Part shown: positions 17,651 to 19,060 of the stretch, piece by piece
Numbering within the stretch: the stretch's first letter is position 1
How the letters are laid out: every line of letters starts with the position of its first letter
Assembly (NCBI GenBank): GCA_038888155.1
Contig: JAWAJB010000015.1
Coordinates: 1-19,060 of the forward strand
Length of the DNA: 19,060 nucleotides
Direction of reading: 5' to 3'
Source of the DNA: Desulfurococcaceae archaeon
Lineage (GTDB): Archaea > Thermoproteota > Thermoprotei_A > Sulfolobales > Desulfurococcaceae
Made by a program: the position numbers and the translations under genes
The notes under the pieces: model-generated
What the model saw: only the letters and a program-made list of their open reading frames with translations
What the model was told of the DNA's origin: nothing
The model's database searches: none

Positions 17651-18583
17651 ATGTCCTCTATCTCCTCATTCATGCTTAGGTTTGTTGTGGATAGGTCTGT
17701 TTCATTTCAAAACTTCTCAGGCTTCGCTTCTTGTGGTATATTCTATAACTTGATTAGGAGTGTAGATGAAGGTCTTGCTGAAGAGCTCCATTCCTCTAAG
17801 AAATTAGCTCCTTGGGCATCTTCGCCTATTTTTGTTGAGTTTCCTTCACCATGTAGGATTGTCTATCGCTCTCTCCCAGCGCCGTCCATTGCTAATGTCT
17901 CTTTTACAATTATGGATAGTAAGCTGAGCGACATTTTTAGAGAAGCCATTCTTAAGCCAGACTTATGTGTAGATCTAGTTAATGTTAAGGCTAAGGTTAT
18001 AGGCGTATCAGTCAACACTTATAAGTTCTCCGACCTAGCATCCAATGCTGATTCATTATCCATGAAGTTTGCAGTAAGGTTTCTTACACCAACCGTTTTT
18101 AGACGATCAATTTACGACTGTTGCCCTAGCTGTCCATATTATGCTGAATATATACGTGTTACCAAGGAAGGCAGAAGGCTTGATAAGCCATGTAAATATG
18201 CAGTTAAATGTGGAGGCATAGTCGTTCCACTACCAATTCCATCATTAATGTTTAGGAATCTGGCGAGGTTATGGTCAGCATTTTCCGGAGTAAATATTGA
18301 TGTTTGGAGTGTTGCACATTGGGCTGAGAATGCTATCTTAGTCTCAGGTTTTCCAAAACCTGGTATAAGAACTGTACGTGTATATGAACATCCGACCACG
18401 AATAAATGGATAGTTGGATTCATGGGAAAAGTCAGATTTTCCATTAGAAAGAATGCATATAAAGAAAAATATGCAAAAATTGCAGCAGCATTATTAAAGA
18501 TGGCTGAGATGACCAATGTAGGTATCAGAAGAACTGCAGGATTAGGGATGGTAAGATACATACCATTAAACAATGAGAAATAG
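17651..18583 (+). CDS. cas6: crRNA-processing endoribonuclease Cas6 with a Cys-rich insertion
   Basis: AEELH, FLTPTVF, PLPIPSLMF, VGFMGKV and C-terminal G-rich loop VGIRRTAGLGMV. Confidence 0.94.
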   Translation: MSSISSFMLRFVVDRSVSFQNFSGFASCGIFYNLIRSVDEGLAEELHSSKKLAPWASSPIFVEFPSPCRIVYRSLPAPSIANVSFTIMDSKLSDIFREAILKPDLCVDLVNVKAKVIGVSVNTYKFSDLASNADSLSMKFAVRFLTPTVFRRSIYDCCPSCPYYAEYIRVTKEGRRLDKPCKYAVKCGGIVVPLPIPSLMFRNLARLWSAFSGVNIDVWSVAHWAENAILVSGFPKPGIRTVRVYEHPTTNKWIVGFMGKVRFSIRKNAYKEKYAKIAAALLKMAEMTNVGIRRTAGLGMVRYIPLNNEK

Positions 18584-18601
18584 GAAAAATATATATTAAA
18601 T

Positions 18602-18665
18602 AAAACTCATGTTATAGAGAGAATTAAAAATAGTGTATTTCAATTATTACTGCTTTTATAGATTG
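18602..18665. repeat. Two degenerate CRISPR-repeat-like relics in opposite orientation
   Basis: 18602-18630 AAAACTCAT[GTTAT]AGAGAGAATTAAAAA matches 19/24 with a 5-nt insert. 18637-18665 reads CAATCTATAAAAGCAGTAATAATTGAAAT on -. Confidence 0.35.
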
Positions 18666-18736
18666 GTATAAAGTAATAATTATTTTTAAAACATGGTATA
18701 AAAACTATAATTTATTTAATAATATTAGGGATTATT

Positions 18737-19060
18737 ATGCCTTCATGGGAAGTTCATAGAAATCTTACAAAAGCTGCTATTTCTAAATTAGGAATTACAT
18801 TAAATAAAGAAATTTATAATGGTCTTTTTGAAGGAATTATTGATCCTGATAAAGTTCCAGATAAGGTATTATGGACATATATAACTAAAAGTGGTCGAGT
18901 AAGAATTAGTACATCTTATACAACTCATCATGAACCTTTTAAAAATTTAATTAATTATTATTTTAATTTATCACTTTATTATCTTAGAAAAGGTGATGAA
19001 TTTAAAGCAGGATTTATGCTTGGAAGAGCTTTACATTATATTCAAGATGGAGCTCTTAGT
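18737..19060 (+). CDS. Zinc-dependent phospholipase C / S1-P1 nuclease-like protein, 3' end runs off the window
   Basis: Manual translation MPSWEVHRNL...GIIDPDK...THHEP...AGFMLGRALHYIQDG gives the WxxH, PD, H and LGxxxHYxxD Zn-ligand pattern of this superfamily. Confidence 0.7.
   Translation, partial: MPSWEVHRNLTKAAISKLGITLNKEIYNGLFEGIIDPDKVPDKVLWTYITKSGRVRISTSYTTHHEPFKNLINYYFNLSLYYLRKGDEFKAGFMLGRALHYIQDGALS

Noticed and set aside
17210-18573. ORFs 17210-17410 (-), 17235-17426 (+) and 18139-18573 (-)
   Set aside because: No recognisable motifs. They overlap better-supported genes, and 18139-18573 is antisense to cas6. 17235-17426 cannot be fully excluded.

Overview
Complete archaeal type I-A CRISPR-Cas locus in an AT-rich, probably thermophilic archaeal genome (GGTGA/GGGG-type RBS, TATA-box promoters, 24-bp repeat ending ATTGAAAG). 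From left to right: a partial QueT-family transporter; CRISPR array 1 (52 repeats by manual count, read on the - strand); the AT-rich adaptation cassette csa1-cas1-cas2-cas4; and CRISPR array 2 (also 52 repeats, read on the + strand). The two arrays point outward from near-identical 112-bp inverted leaders. Next come a distinctly more GC-rich effector module (csa5-cas7-cas5-cas3'-cas3''-cas8a2 on -, with csa3, a 74-aa unknown ORF and cas6 on +) and a partial Zn-dependent phospholipase C/P1-nuclease-like gene. Most notable observations: Cys-rich (Zn-finger-like) insertions in Cas3' and Cas6; apparent relics of off-register spacer integration; one protospacer captured in both arrays at nearly the same rank; a palindrome with repeat-like ends over the Cascade promoter; degenerate repeat relics behind cas6; and an unknown small gene inside the cas module. 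All counts and alignments were done by eye, with no database searches.
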